A stretch of 64,000 nt of DNA. It comes from Flaccisagitta enflata (lineage: Eukaryota). The notes under the pieces are model-generated. The model was not told the DNA's origin. It did not search any database and saw only the letters and a list, made by a program, of their open reading frames with translations. Of this stretch, positions 63,480 to 64,000 are shown one piece after another. The number at the start of each line of letters is the position of its first letter. Position 1 is the stretch's first letter. The stretch spans positions 24,180,001 to 24,244,000 of the forward strand of contig OZ231126.1 in the NCBI GenBank assembly GCA_965153355.1, given 5' to 3'. The translations under genes and the position numbers were made by a program.

Positions 63480-63760
63480 TTGAGGCCCAAATTCTACCTT
63501 GAGGCCCAAATCTCAGCCTCAAGGCTCAAATCTTAGCGTCGGGGCCCATATTCCATCCAGCCCATAGACTTAAATCCCAGCCAAATAGTCTTAATGCCTA
63601 ATTCCTAAACTTAAGCTCAAAACCCAGCCTTAAAGCTCATATTCCAGCCTTGCGGCCCAAATATCAGCCTTGAAGCCCATTTCCCAGCCTTCAGGCTAGA
63701 ATCCAAGCCTCGAGACAACTACCAGCCTTATGAACCATATTTCAAACTTAGCCCAAAGCC
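63480..63760. repeat. Degenerate ~21 bp minisatellite (aggcycaaatcycagcct), with a related array at ~60035-60260
   Basis: Repeated gcccaaatctcagcctcaag-like units. Confidence 0.65.
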
Positions 63761-64000
63761 TTGATCTCCACCTAAAAGACAACCATTCTTCATTGGTCCA
63801 AGCCTAACTAACTTAGGAGCATCGGGTACCGCAAACAATCAAACGCTTTTGTGACTATTACTTGCACAAAGGAGAACTCTTGATTGTTAGTCAGTCCGTC
63901 CGTTAATTCGTTAGTTCGCCATCTCAGGCCTAAAATCAGCTCTCTCAAACCTAAAACAAGCTGTCTCAAACATCTAATAATCCCTCTTAGACCTCTATTC

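Overview
Repeat- and microsatellite-rich genomic DNA from an invertebrate animal (taxon not determinable from sequence), with a 10-N scaffold gap at 47488-47497. Nearly all ORFs in the supplied track are translations of simple repeats. Two real coding signals are present. (1) The last two exons of a central-class, Antp/Hox7-like Hox gene on the minus strand: a homeobox exon at 24641-24469 and a terminal exon at 23772-23611 that the ORF track misses, separated by an unusually placed intron between homeodomain residues 57 and 58. (2) A 5'-truncated C-terminal fragment of a secretory-pathway Ca2+/Mn2+ P-type ATPase (SPCA/ATP2C-like) at ~1503-1733 on the plus strand, converging on the Hox gene. 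Both flanks of the Hox exons have near-identical inverted copies elsewhere (1-1504 vs 28272-29774; 20732-23082 vs 47498-49976). One copy starts exactly at the gap, so this is either a recent rearrangement or a haplotype/assembly artefact. The rest is largely non-autonomous DNA transposons, often nested: a 10.2 kb hAT-like foldback element with three internal 2.8 kb tandem units, a 3.2 kb hAT-like element, TA-flanked MITEs, two Helitron-like elements carrying microsatellites and many Helentron/DINE-like short elements. No RNA genes, CRISPR arrays or intact transposases were recognised, and I cannot support a wholly new biological system here. All family assignments come from recalled motifs, not from searches.
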